Part shown: positions 20,028 through 29,581 of the stretch, one piece after another
Numbering within the stretch: position 1 is the first letter of the stretch
How the letters are laid out: each line of letters begins with the position of its first letter
DNA from: a bacterium
GTDB taxonomy: Bacteria; JADJOY01
Assembly: GCA_046331705.1 (NCBI GenBank)
Contig: JAXLQJ010000014.1
Span: 62,001 to 126,000, forward strand
Length of the DNA stretch: 64,000 bases
Direction: 5' to 3'
Made by a program: the position numbers and the translations under genes
Notes under the pieces: model-generated
Databases searched by the model: none
The model's input: the letters and a program-made list of their open reading frames with translations, nothing else
What the model was told of the DNA's origin: nothing

Positions 20028-20652
20028 GTGACGAGCTCCCACGGGGATGCGAACGAAGGACCGCCAGCGCGGAGCCGCTCGCCGGCTTCGGCTCGTGCGC
20101 TGGCGCATCGTCGCGGCCTCCGCCCGGTCGCGAGAGCGGAGACTGCCACAGACCCGTCGCCTTGCGGATCGTCGACGCACCGCGCTCGTCGGGACGATAG
20201 CGGCTCATCCACGCGTGGCGACTGCGGATCGCGCACACGAGCTCGGCAGCCGCAGCCGCTCTTCGCCGCGCATCCGCATCCGATCCGGACGGCATCACTC
20301 GAACCGGGTTCGTGAGCTTCCATCGCTCGGCGACCGTGCGCGAGGGCTCGTCGTCGGCAGCGTCGCGGCCAAGCACGGAGCCTGCGGGCGCGAGCAGCGT
20401 GCCCGTCCACTCGAACGGCGACGAGGCGCTGCGCACGCTGGGAGGTGGAAGCACCACGGGTGAGCAACCGCTCGTCCACCGCGCGCGCTCCCCAGCGCGA
20501 ACGGCGTCACCCGCTCGACTGGCCCAAAAGCCGGCGGCGCGGGGCTCACGCCGCGGCATGCAGCCGCTTGGGCCAGCAACACGCCTGCGGGGCGTCACGA
20601 GCGTCTTGGAGCGCTCCGCCGTCTGGCGCGCTTCGGCCTCTCCGGCTGCTGC

Positions 20653-20967
20653 TCACGCTTCGTCGTCCGATGGCGTGGGCGTGGGTGGCTGGTCCATCGC
20701 CAGCGGGTGCCCCAACTCGTCGAACTGCATCCTGGCGACGATGCGCTCTCGCACCGCGTCCAGCAACCCCTGCGGGAATTGCCACGGCTCGCCGCGCCGA
20801 CAGCGTTCCCCCATGGCTTCCAGCACCTCCCTGCCGAGGAAGTGGTCGGATACGAGGACGGCCTGCGCCAGCTGATCCGGCCCACACGGCTCGAAGCCGC
20901 AGTCGGGGCAACTCGTCCAGGCGCCCCGCTTGATCCGTCCACACTCGAGGCACACAGCGGTGGTCAT
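20653..20967 (-). CDS. Hypothetical CxxC-CxxC zinc-ribbon protein
   Basis: CLEC...CPDC near the N-terminus; ATG start. Confidence 0.6.
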   Translation of the reverse strand: MTTAVCLECGRIKRGAWTSCPDCGFEPCGPDQLAQAVLVSDHFLGREVLEAMGERCRRGEPWQFPQGLLDAVRERIVARMQFDELGHPLAMDQPPTPTPSDDEA

Positions 20968-21203
20968 CGGCGCTCACGCCCCCGCCCGGGGAGCACCGTC
21001 CGATCCTACGCCACCCGGCGTTCGAGCGCCGAGGAACGAGGATTCAGCGACGCTTGGTCCTACCAACGTGATCTCGAACGCGTTCGCCGTTCGTCGTCGC
21101 GATCCGCCACCGCCATCCCGACCGAGCACCGGCTCGTCGCGGGACGGAGCGCCAACGCGCCGACGCGCATGGCGCGCGGGCGACTCGCGCCCGGCCCGCC
21201 GCC

Positions 21204-22469
21204 TCATTGCCGAGAGAGTGTCAGCGAGGCGGACGCGACGCCCGCGACGTCCACGGTGCCTTTGATGGTGTCGTTGCCCGAGAACGTGCCGTCGTACGTG
21301 CCCTGGTACTTGTCGATCTGCGCGGTGAGGTGCACGTCGGGGTGGTCGTGGACTCCATTCACGGCACCGCTGAACTTGCCGAGCTTCCCGAGATCGAACG
21401 TCGCGTCGCCGGAGAGGCGTCCATCCGCCGCTTCGCTCACGTCGAGCCGGACGGACGCATCCGTGTTCAGCACGTTCGCCGTTCCGGTCCAGGTGCCGCT
21501 CATGCTCGGCACGGTTGGCACGGGCACGGCGCTCGCGCTGATCACGACCGTGTCGGGAACGCTCGCCGAGAGGCCGTCGCTGACGACGAGCTGCACGACG
21601 TAGTCGCCGTCCACGTCCGCGACGAGCTGCGGCGTCACCGCCGCGGCGTCGCTGATCGCGGCGGCGCTACCGTCGGGCCGCGAGAGCAGCGACCACTGGA
21701 ACGTGAGCGGATCGCCTTCAGGGTCGTTGCTGGCCCCGCCGTTGAGCGTCACGGTCGCGCCGGTCTGCACCGCTTGATCCGCGCCGGCGTTCGCCACCGG
21801 CACGCCGTTCGCCGCCGTCGCGGTCACGACCATCGGGTCGGGCGTGCTGAGATCGGTGCCGTCGCCGACGAGCAGCTCGACGGTGTAGGTCCCGGCGACG
21901 TCGGCGACGAACAGCGTGGTCGGGCTGTACGGATCCTGGATCCCGGCGATGCTGCCCGCGGGCCGCGACGTGATCGACCACACGTAGGTGATGGGGTCGC
22001 CATCGGCGTCACCGCTTCCGCTGCCGTCGAGATTCACGATCGCTCCCACGGCGACGCTCTGGTCGGGCCCGGCGTTGGCGGTCGGTGCGTGGTTCGAGTC
22101 GGTGGCGGTGATCACGACGCGGTCGGCTGCGCTCGAGAGCTCACCGTCGCTCACGACCAGCTCGACCTCGTACGTGCCGGCGCGGTCGGCGCTGAACGTC
22201 GGCCGCGGTGCGGTCGCGCTCGACAGCGCGGCGCGGCTCTGCGCGGGCGTCGACAGGAACGTCCACTCGTACGTGATGGACTGGCCTTCGGGATCGGTGC
22301 TCCCGGACCCGTCGAGGGTCACGACGGCTCCCGTCGACACCGACTGGTCGCGCCCTGCGTCCGCGATCGGCGCTTGCGGCTCGGGCAGCGGCGACGACGA
22401 GGACGAGCCGCACGCGGCGCCGAACGACAACGTCGAGGCGAGAACCAACCACAGACCGAGCTTCCGCAT
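21204..22469 (-). CDS. Lipoprotein with three PKD domains (paralog of 18783-20027)
   Basis: Lipobox GAAC, GGAGG RBS, same repeat architecture and shared VPSM.G.W.G C-terminal domain. Confidence 0.85.
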   Translation of the reverse strand: MRKLGLWLVLASTLSFGAACGSSSSSPLPEPQAPIADAGRDQSVSTGAVVTLDGSGSTDPEGQSITYEWTFLSTPAQSRAALSSATAPRPTFSADRAGTYEVELVVSDGELSSAADRVVITATDSNHAPTANAGPDQSVAVGAIVNLDGSGSGDADGDPITYVWSITSRPAGSIAGIQDPYSPTTLFVADVAGTYTVELLVGDGTDLSTPDPMVVTATAANGVPVANAGADQAVQTGATVTLNGGASNDPEGDPLTFQWSLLSRPDGSAAAISDAAAVTPQLVADVDGDYVVQLVVSDGLSASVPDTVVISASAVPVPTVPSMSGTWTGTANVLNTDASVRLDVSEAADGRLSGDATFDLGKLGKFSGAVNGVHDHPDVHLTAQIDKYQGTYDGTFSGNDTIKGTVDVAGVASASLTLSRQ

Positions 22470-22695
22470 GGGATGCCTCCGCGCGAGACGACGAGTGACC
22501 TGCGGCGCCGGCCAGGCGACGAGCAGGGCGGCCACGGACCATCGTACCGCTCGCGTATCCACCCGAGAAACGCCGGTACCGGATCTCGCGAGCCTCGCCC
22601 GCGTACCGTGCTCGATCGGTGTCACCCTGGCGTCATCCTGGATTCCGGCGCGGACGATGGGTGTGCCACCCTCTTCCGCCCGAGGTGACCCCGTC

Positions 22696-23976
22696 ATGAC
22701 CGCCATCCACTCTTCGACCGCTGCCCTCGAAGACTCGAGCCCCGCCCAAGTGCTCGGCCAGCCCTTCTCGCTGCGGCGCGGCGGCTTCACGATCCGCAAC
22801 CGCCTCCTCAAGTCGGCGATGAGCGAGGTCCTCGCCGGGCCGAGCCACGCGCCGAGCGCCGCCCACGAGCAGCTCTACGCGAGCTGGGCTCGCGGCGGGC
22901 TCGGCCTCGCAATCACCGGCAACGTGATGATCGACCGGCGCGCGCTCGGCGAGCCCGGCAACGTGGTGGTCGAGGACGAGCGCGACCTCGAAGCGCTGCG
23001 CCGCTGGGCCGCCGCCGGCAAGCAGAACGGCTGTCGGCTGTGGATGCAGATCAATCACCCCGGCAAGCAGTCGCCGAGCTTCTTGAGCCGCGAGCCCGTG
23101 GCCCCCTCGGCGATTCCGCTCGGCGCCGGTCTCGAGCGAGCGTTCGCGACGCCGCGCGCCCTCGCGCCGGACGAGATCGAGGCGCTGGTCGCGCGCTTCG
23201 CCACCACCGCGGCGATCGCCCAGAAGGCCGGCTTCGAGGGCGTTCAGATCCACGGCGCCCACGGCTACCTGGTGAGCCAGTTCCTGTCTCCGCACCACAA
23301 CCGTCGCGACGACGCCTGGGGCGGCACGCTCGAGAAGCGCGCGCGCTTCCCGCTCGAGGTCCTGGCCGCCATGCGGCGCGCGGTGGGCGACGCCTTCCCG
23401 ATCGGCATCAAGATCAACTCCGCCGACTTCCAGCGCGGCGGCTTCAGCGAGGAAGAGTCGCTCGAGGTGATCCGCATGCTGGTCGCCGGTGGCATCGACC
23501 TGATCGAGATCTCGGGCGGCACCTACGAAGCGCCGGCGATGACGGGTGCCGAGCTGCGTGAGAGCACCCGCCAACGGGAGGCGTATTTCCTGGCCTTCGC
23601 CGAACGCGTGCGCGCGGCGGTGGACGTACCGCTGGCGCTCACCGGCGGGTTTCGCACCGCCGCGGGGATGGCGAGCGCGGTGCGCTCGGGCGCCGTCGAT
23701 CTGGTCGGGCTCGCGCGAACCTTGGCGCTCGAGCCGGATCTGCCGCGGCGCGTGCTCGGCGGCGAGGCGTTCGTGAGCCGGGTGCGCCCGCTCTCGACGG
23801 GCGTCCGCTGGGTCGATCAGCTGACCGCGCTCGACGTGTCCTGGTACGAGAACCAGCTCGCGCGGATCGGCGCTGGAAAACCCACCGATCCGGGGCTGGG
23901 TGCGTGGCGATCGGTGGCGACGAGCCTCGCCCGCCTCGGCCTCCAGGCCACCCGCCTGCGCCGAGCGCGAGCGTGA
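22696..23976 (+). CDS. NADH:flavin oxidoreductase (Old Yellow Enzyme family)
   Basis: NRLLKSAMSE, QINHPG, GVQIHGAHGYLVSQFLSP..NRRDD.WGG, IEISGGTYE. Confidence 0.92.
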   Translation: MTAIHSSTAALEDSSPAQVLGQPFSLRRGGFTIRNRLLKSAMSEVLAGPSHAPSAAHEQLYASWARGGLGLAITGNVMIDRRALGEPGNVVVEDERDLEALRRWAAAGKQNGCRLWMQINHPGKQSPSFLSREPVAPSAIPLGAGLERAFATPRALAPDEIEALVARFATTAAIAQKAGFEGVQIHGAHGYLVSQFLSPHHNRRDDAWGGTLEKRARFPLEVLAAMRRAVGDAFPIGIKINSADFQRGGFSEEESLEVIRMLVAGGIDLIEISGGTYEAPAMTGAELRESTRQREAYFLAFAERVRAAVDVPLALTGGFRTAAGMASAVRSGAVDLVGLARTLALEPDLPRRVLGGEAFVSRVRPLSTGVRWVDQLTALDVSWYENQLARIGAGKPTDPGLGAWRSVATSLARLGLQATRLRRARA

Positions 23977-23998
23977 AGGGCGTGAAGGGTGCGCAAGC

Positions 23999-25795
23999 TC
24001 AGCCTGCTTTGCCCCCGCGCATGAGCGAGCGGGCGAGCGCGAGGCGCTGCTCGAGCTGCTTGACGGTGGCCATGCTGATCCGGCGAATGCCGATCTCCTT
24101 GTTGAGATCGGCGTTCACCTCGGCGTAGGTGCGCCCGAGTCTGTGGACCAGGGCGCGCACGGCGTCGCTGTTCGCTTCGCGGAGCGCGCGGCGTCGCGCG
24201 AGGGCCCCGTTGGCTCGCGCGCGGGGCGGCGCGGGGATGGGCAGCGGCGGGTGCTCGGGCTCGGGCACGGGAACGGCCGGCGCGGCGCGGTGCATGGTCG
24301 GGAAGCTCGCTCCTCCCGAGCTCGCGTGCGGTGCATCGACCAGGTCGGGGATGGGATCGTCGTCACCGTGCGCGACGCCGTCGGCGTCGGAGTCGAGGTC
24401 GCTCCCGTAGACACGCACCGACTGAAGCGGCCGTCCCTCTTCGTCCAGGGGGACCGCCGAGATCGCGGCGAAGAGCGAGAGCTGCTCGGCCGCATCGGCG
24501 TCGCCCTCGCGCCGCGGGTCGAGCGCGTCGAGCCCGTCGCCGCGATCGTCGCGGCGGCGGTCCTTGCTCAGACTGTGGCGGCGCTGCTCGGCGATGGCCG
24601 AGCCGAAGGTGCGAAGTCGCACGTCGTCGGGGATGAACATGTACGCCGCCTGCTGACGCAAGCGCGCGTTCCAGCGCACCAGCCGCCCCACCGCCTGCCG
24701 GAAGAAGAGCTCGGTCACGGTGTTGGTGGCGTACACACCGACGCGCAAGCGCGGGATGTCGACGCCTTCCGACACCATCCGCACCGCCACGATCCAGGGC
24801 GAGGCGCTCTCCGCGAAATGGCTGATCTTCTCCGACGCGGCGGGATCGTCGGAGGTGGCGATGGCCGGCGAGACACCCAGCCTGCGCCGCATGATCGCGG
24901 CGATGCCCTTGGCGTGTTCCTGGTCCATCGCGATCACCAGCCCGCCCGCGGCCGGATCCGCGGCCCGCAAGTGCAAGAGCTGCGCGTGCGCCTGGGCGAG
25001 CACCGTGGGCAGCCATTCGCCGGCGACGTCGAGCGCGGTCCTGAGCCGCTGGCTGGCCAGCTCGCGGGTGAGCCAATCGTTGAAGGTCGCCTCGTGGGTG
25101 ACACCGTCGGGCGCGGTCCACTCCATGCGCCCGTTGATGCGCGGGAAGTAGACCGGCCGCACCACGCGGCCGTCGCGCAACGCATCGCCGTAGCCGTACT
25201 CGAAGTCCGGCTGCGCCACGTCGCCGTGGTAGCGGATGAACGGGATGGTGATCTGGTCCGAGCGAAACGGCGTCCCGGAGAGGCAGAGCCGCCGCCACGC
25301 GGATTCGAACGCGAGCCGCACGCCGTCGCCCCACGAGCGGCTCTCGCCGGCGTGATGGACCTCGTCGAGGACCACGAAGGCGCCGCGCACCAGCTGCCGG
25401 AACGCCTCCGGTGCCCCCGCGACCTGCTGATAGGTGACCACCACGCCGTGCACGTCCGACGGCAACCCACCGTAGCCGAGCGTCCACTCGGGATCGAGGT
25501 GGATGTCGAGGCGATCGGCGGCGTGCGCCCACTGGTGCTTGAGGTGCTGGGTCGGCACCACGATCGCCACCCGCCGCACCGCGCGCGCCACCAGCGCGCG
25601 GCGCGCGGCGGTGAGCGCGAAGGTGGTCTTGCCGGCGCCCGGTGTGGCCACGGCGAGGAAATCGGGCGCGGCGCTCGCCTCGAATTGCTCGAGCGCCGCG
25701 AGCTGCCACGGGCGAAGCCGAAGCACGTCGTGGCGCACGGGCGCCGTCGCCGCGACGGTGCGGTTGCGATCGGAGACGAGAGTGGGCACGGACAC
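23999..25795 (-). CDS. Superfamily II DEAD/DEAH-box helicase (ResIII-type); start approximate
   Basis: LRPWQ, TPGAGKT, DEVHH, SGT, VSEGVDIP, QAVGR motifs. Confidence 0.9.
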   Translation of the reverse strand: MSVPTLVSDRNRTVAATAPVRHDVLRLRPWQLAALEQFEASAAPDFLAVATPGAGKTTFALTAARRALVARAVRRVAIVVPTQHLKHQWAHAADRLDIHLDPEWTLGYGGLPSDVHGVVVTYQQVAGAPEAFRQLVRGAFVVLDEVHHAGESRSWGDGVRLAFESAWRRLCLSGTPFRSDQITIPFIRYHGDVAQPDFEYGYGDALRDGRVVRPVYFPRINGRMEWTAPDGVTHEATFNDWLTRELASQRLRTALDVAGEWLPTVLAQAHAQLLHLRAADPAAGGLVIAMDQEHAKGIAAIMRRRLGVSPAIATSDDPAASEKISHFAESASPWIVAVRMVSEGVDIPRLRVGVYATNTVTELFFRQAVGRLVRWNARLRQQAAYMFIPDDVRLRTFGSAIAEQRRHSLSKDRRRDDRGDGLDALDPRREGDADAAEQLSLFAAISAVPLDEEGRPLQSVRVYGSDLDSDADGVAHGDDDPIPDLVDAPHASSGGASFPTMHRAAPAVPVPEPEHPPLPIPAPPRARANGALARRRALREANSDAVRALVHRLGRTYAEVNADLNKEIGIRRISMATVKQLEQRLALARSLMRGGKAG

Positions 25796-25941
25796 GGGGG
25801 CGTTGCGAAGCGCCGAAGCGACACGGTACTCGGCACCGCGGCGGCGGGCGCGAGATAGCACGCCCCGCGGCGTCCGTTGAGTGCCGCCGAGCGATGCCGC
25901 CCGGAGACGCCAGGAGACGCGAGGCGCCGGGCGCGCGGCGA

Positions 25942-26442
25942 TCAGCTCGCGGTGGTCGTGAAGGGAGGCGACCGCCGCAGCCGCGCCGCCAAGACCAGCG
26001 GCACGACCGTGTACGGCACGTTCACCAGCACCACCATCGGCAGGTCGGCGCGTCCGCGCTCGCTCGAGAGCTCCCAGCCGAAGTAGACCAGCGTCGAGTA
26101 GACGACCGCGCCCACGAACACGAGCGCCGGCGCCCGGATCCATTCGCGCCGCTTCACGAAGGCGTAGATCAGCACCAGATAGAACGGCCCGAACACGAAG
26201 CAGTCGATCGCGCACATCACCCGCAGGAAGAGCGGCGGATCGAGGAACGCCGGATCCCAGCGGCTCGCGTAGAAGAGCCACCCCGCCGCCAGCGGATCGC
26301 CGGCTCGTCGCAGGTCGAGACCGAACACCACGTACGGCTCCATCGCCAGCGACGTGAACGCGAAGAGCGCGAAGCACGCCACCAGCACCCGATCGAGCGC
26401 GCGGTTCCCGAGCACTCGCGCTCCCACGGACGTCGCCGGCAC
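25942..26442 (-). CDS. EXPERA/EBP-like membrane protein
   Basis: Four TM helices, Y...DP.F, D..VFGPFY, NVPY..VP motifs. Confidence 0.7.
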   Translation of the reverse strand: MPATSVGARVLGNRALDRVLVACFALFAFTSLAMEPYVVFGLDLRRAGDPLAAGWLFYASRWDPAFLDPPLFLRVMCAIDCFVFGPFYLVLIYAFVKRREWIRAPALVFVGAVVYSTLVYFGWELSSERGRADLPMVVLVNVPYTVVPLVLAARLRRSPPFTTTAS

Positions 26443-26460
26443 GAGCAGAGCGGCGCCGCG

Positions 26461-27144
26461 CTACGGCGTCACGTCGACGCCGTTGGCGGAGATGGGTAGC
26501 TGATCGAGGCCCCAGTTTCCGCGGGCGATCTCGTTCTGGAAGCAGGCGGTGCGATACACGGTCTTGCGCAGCACCTCCCGCGAATGCGTCGCGAGCCAGT
26601 CGTGGCGGGTGTCCACGTACGCCTGGGTCCAGGCGCGCTCGTCGCCGCCGTTGGCCGGCGGGCTCTCGGGAAAGCGCGCACGCAGGAACCACGGGATGCT
26701 GCCGCTGTGGATGAACGAGTCGTAGATCACGAGCGCCGAGAGCGGCAGCACGAAGCCACTCGTGTCCGCCCACGTCATCGCCGGTTGGTAGTAGCGCTTG
26801 TCGAAGAAGCGATCTTGGACGGTCTTCATCACCGCATCGGTGCGGCCGGCCTTGCGCAGCAGGTCCTTGAACGCCTTGTCATCGGTGAGCGGCACCGATC
26901 CCACCCGGTCGGCGTACGCGGCGAGCGCGGCGCTGAACGTGCCGTTGGCGGCGACGTAGTCCTCCACCAGCTCGAGGAGGTTTCCGTACTCGGTGGTCTG
27001 TGAGCGACCGTACGTGATCTGCCGCATGTCGTGGGGCCCGTCGGCGTAGATGACGAGCGTGTCGTACTTGCCTGCGGGTGTACCGGTCTCGAAGACGTTG
27101 ACGACGCGCTCGATCAGACGGCGCTGGGTATCGGTGAGATTCAT
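26461..27144 (-). CDS. Chitosanase (GH46)-like lysozyme-fold hydrolase
   Basis: VNVFETG (catalytic-type Glu), ITYG..QTTE, Q..FFD..YYQPA, IYDSFIHSG. Confidence 0.75.
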   Translation of the reverse strand: MNLTDTQRRLIERVVNVFETGTPAGKYDTLVIYADGPHDMRQITYGRSQTTEYGNLLELVEDYVAANGTFSAALAAYADRVGSVPLTDDKAFKDLLRKAGRTDAVMKTVQDRFFDKRYYQPAMTWADTSGFVLPLSALVIYDSFIHSGSIPWFLRARFPESPPANGGDERAWTQAYVDTRHDWLATHSREVLRKTVYRTACFQNEIARGNWGLDQLPISANGVDVTP

Positions 27145-27284
27145 GGATTCGGCCTCGTCGCGCCCCGTGCTTTTTGTAGGTCCCGAGGGTGGGACTCTCC
27201 CTGGGTCGAGGCGGCGCGCGAGCCTACCCCCAAATGGCGGCGCCACACACCGAGCGGACACACGCGACCTCGATGCGGGTTGCT

Positions 27285-29471
27285 CTACCGGAGGTCGCGC
27301 CGGCCGGGCTCGGGCGTGAGCGCACCCTGACCTCGGGCAATGCGGAAGCCGAAGTAGGAGAGGCGTGCGTCGGGCGGGTACCAGTACCGGTACGCGGCGC
27401 GCACAAGCCGCGCGCTCGCGTTCCAGCCACCGCCCCGCAACACCCGATACGAACCCTTGCGCGGTCCCTGTGGATCGATTGCTTCCGCAGCCGGATACGT
27501 ACCATCCCAATCCGAGCCCCACTCCCAGACATTCCCGAGCATGTCGTGGAGACCCCAGGCGTTGCGCTCTTTCTGGCCCACTGGATGAACACGCCCGCTG
27601 CTATTCCCCCTATGCCAAGCGATCGCGTCCAACGCGCCGTATCGAGCACCGGTCGAACCGGCGCGGCACGCATACTCCCATTCGGCTTCCGTGGGGAGCC
27701 TAACGCTCTCACCCGTTCGAGCGCTGAGCCACGCGCAGAAGGCCGTTGCGTCGTGCCACGAGACACTCACCACCGGGTGACGTCCGTCAGCGGAGGGTCG
27801 CGCGTTTCGGCGATTCAACGACAGCGCGCTGGCCGAATCCGCGAGGTACACACCATAGAGAGCGCTTGTCACGGGATATCGCGACATCGCAAAGGCGCTG
27901 AGCTGCACACGGTGAATCGGGCGCTCGTTGTCGAACGACTCCGGATCTTGCGAACCCATGAGGAACGAGCCAGCGGGAATCTCCACCCATTCGAGACCCG
28001 CGGCACGAAGTGCATCTTGGAACGGGTCTGCGGCCCGTGGCGCGACCGGCGATACGACTTCGATTCGTGATTCGCGCGGCGCCGCCAGAGCCTTGGCGAG
28101 CGCGTCCGCGAATGCTGCACAGCTGTCGAAGCGATCCTCGCGGGCGTAGGCGACGGCGCCGCGAAGCACCGCGCGTACCCGGTTGGAAACCAGGAGCCCA
28201 TTGATACAATTCCCCCAGTCTCGGAAGTCAGCATGCTTCAGAGCCCGACCCAACAGCGCGAAGATCGTAGTGACTCCCAGCGAGTAGACGTCCGCGCGCC
28301 GATCGACGTGGCTCGCATCTTCCTGTGCTTCGGGGGCGGCGAAGTAGAACGAGCCCATCGCAGCGCGGCTGCGCGTGGCACCGGTCGTATCGAGGGCGTG
28401 CACCAAATCGAAGTCGGTGAGCGCCGCGCGTCCCCCGGCACCCAACACGATGTTCTCGGGTTTGACGTCACGATGAACCAGGCCTTCCTCGTGAGCGTGA
28501 TGGAGCGCTGCGGCAACTTGCCGGCTCACATCGAAGGCCCGCTCGGGAGTGACACCGCCGCCGAGCACCGCACGCCCGAAGTCGCCATCCGCCAGGTACT
28601 CCATGACGTAGAACGCGAACCCAGCATCTTCCGCCTTGGGCAGCACGATCCGCACGACTCCGGGGTGGTCGATCTCCGCCATACGTCGCGCACCGCGAAA
28701 GAAGCGCTCGCGGCGTTCGGCGCTCTCCAGCCATTGCCCGTGCAGCACCTTGATTGCGACGGGTTTGCCATTCGCGTCCCAGTCCATCGCCCGCCACACA
28801 TCGCCGAAGCCGCCGTGGCCGACCTTCTCGCGCAACTCGAATCGACTTCCTATCAGGCAGTCACCGATGCCGAGCGAGGGCCGGTTCTCGCGCCGTTTGC
28901 GTTTCAGCTCCGCAATCTGAAGGTCGATCTTGGTGGTGCGTTGCCCGCGAGTTCTGAGTAAAATGCGCTGCTCGACGAGGTTCGCTAGCGACACGAGCGC
29001 ACGATCCTGCGGTGTCTCTCGTCGCTCATGAATCGGACGTTCTCGCGAGAGAACCGGAAGCAGTCGATCGGCTACCCCACGCGCCCCGCCCATGCTCGGC
29101 CACACGAGTGCATGCTTTGCCCGCAAGCCGTACGGGATCGACGATCCGACGCCCGGCTCGCCATCGAGATAAACCGGCACCACGCGGTGCGCGTCGCCCG
29201 TCTTTCGGGCCAGCGAGAGCGCCGCCGCGATCTCTTCCTGTTGGTAGTACGCGTCGGCGGTTCTGCCGGAGATCAACACCACCGTGATTCGGCTTCGACG
29301 CTGCGCCTCGGCGAGGCGGCGCGGCCACGTGTCGCCTGGATCAAGGCACTTCGAATCCAGGAACACTCGCGCGCGGTCACCGGCAGCGAGAGCCTCGTAG
29401 AGTTCCTCGGCAATGGCTTTGTCCTCGCCGGCATGGGCGAGGAAGAAGTCCCATTCGGGCTCGCGCGACAT
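27285..29471 (-). CDS. TIR domain - Ser/Thr kinase - FGE-sulfatase (SUMF1/CLec fold) fusion protein
   Basis: TIR: DFFLAH..DK..RVFLD..EEI; kinase: GHGGFGDV, AIK, HRDVKPEN, TDFDL, APE, DVYSLG; FGE: IPAGSFLMGS, RLPTEAEWEYAC, GNVWEW, RGGGW..GFRIAR. Confidence 0.9.
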   Translation of the reverse strand: MSREPEWDFFLAHAGEDKAIAEELYEALAAGDRARVFLDSKCLDPGDTWPRRLAEAQRRSRITVVLISGRTADAYYQQEEIAAALSLARKTGDAHRVVPVYLDGEPGVGSSIPYGLRAKHALVWPSMGGARGVADRLLPVLSRERPIHERRETPQDRALVSLANLVEQRILLRTRGQRTTKIDLQIAELKRKRRENRPSLGIGDCLIGSRFELREKVGHGGFGDVWRAMDWDANGKPVAIKVLHGQWLESAERRERFFRGARRMAEIDHPGVVRIVLPKAEDAGFAFYVMEYLADGDFGRAVLGGGVTPERAFDVSRQVAAALHHAHEEGLVHRDVKPENIVLGAGGRAALTDFDLVHALDTTGATRSRAAMGSFYFAAPEAQEDASHVDRRADVYSLGVTTIFALLGRALKHADFRDWGNCINGLLVSNRVRAVLRGAVAYAREDRFDSCAAFADALAKALAAPRESRIEVVSPVAPRAADPFQDALRAAGLEWVEIPAGSFLMGSQDPESFDNERPIHRVQLSAFAMSRYPVTSALYGVYLADSASALSLNRRNARPSADGRHPVVSVSWHDATAFCAWLSARTGESVRLPTEAEWEYACRAGSTGARYGALDAIAWHRGNSSGRVHPVGQKERNAWGLHDMLGNVWEWGSDWDGTYPAAEAIDPQGPRKGSYRVLRGGGWNASARLVRAAYRYWYPPDARLSYFGFRIARGQGALTPEPGRRDLR

Positions 29472-29581
29472 GCGCCGGATATTACCGGTGCTGTCCGCAG
29501 CGTTCTACGGCAGTGCGTGATTCGCAGACCGGCGCTTCGGTGCGAAGCGCTTTACCCAGAAGCGCCTCCGGCCCGCGCCAC

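Noticed and set aside
20130-20200. CGCAAGGCGACGGGTCT (minus strand) upstream of the PKD gene, c-di-GMP-I-like fragment
   Set aside because: The upstream GCAAACC/GAAA arm is absent; only a partial match
25796-26773. N-terminal extension making the helicase 924 aa
   Set aside because: Out-of-frame read-through across the EXPERA and GH46 genes; helicase motifs begin near 25.7 kb
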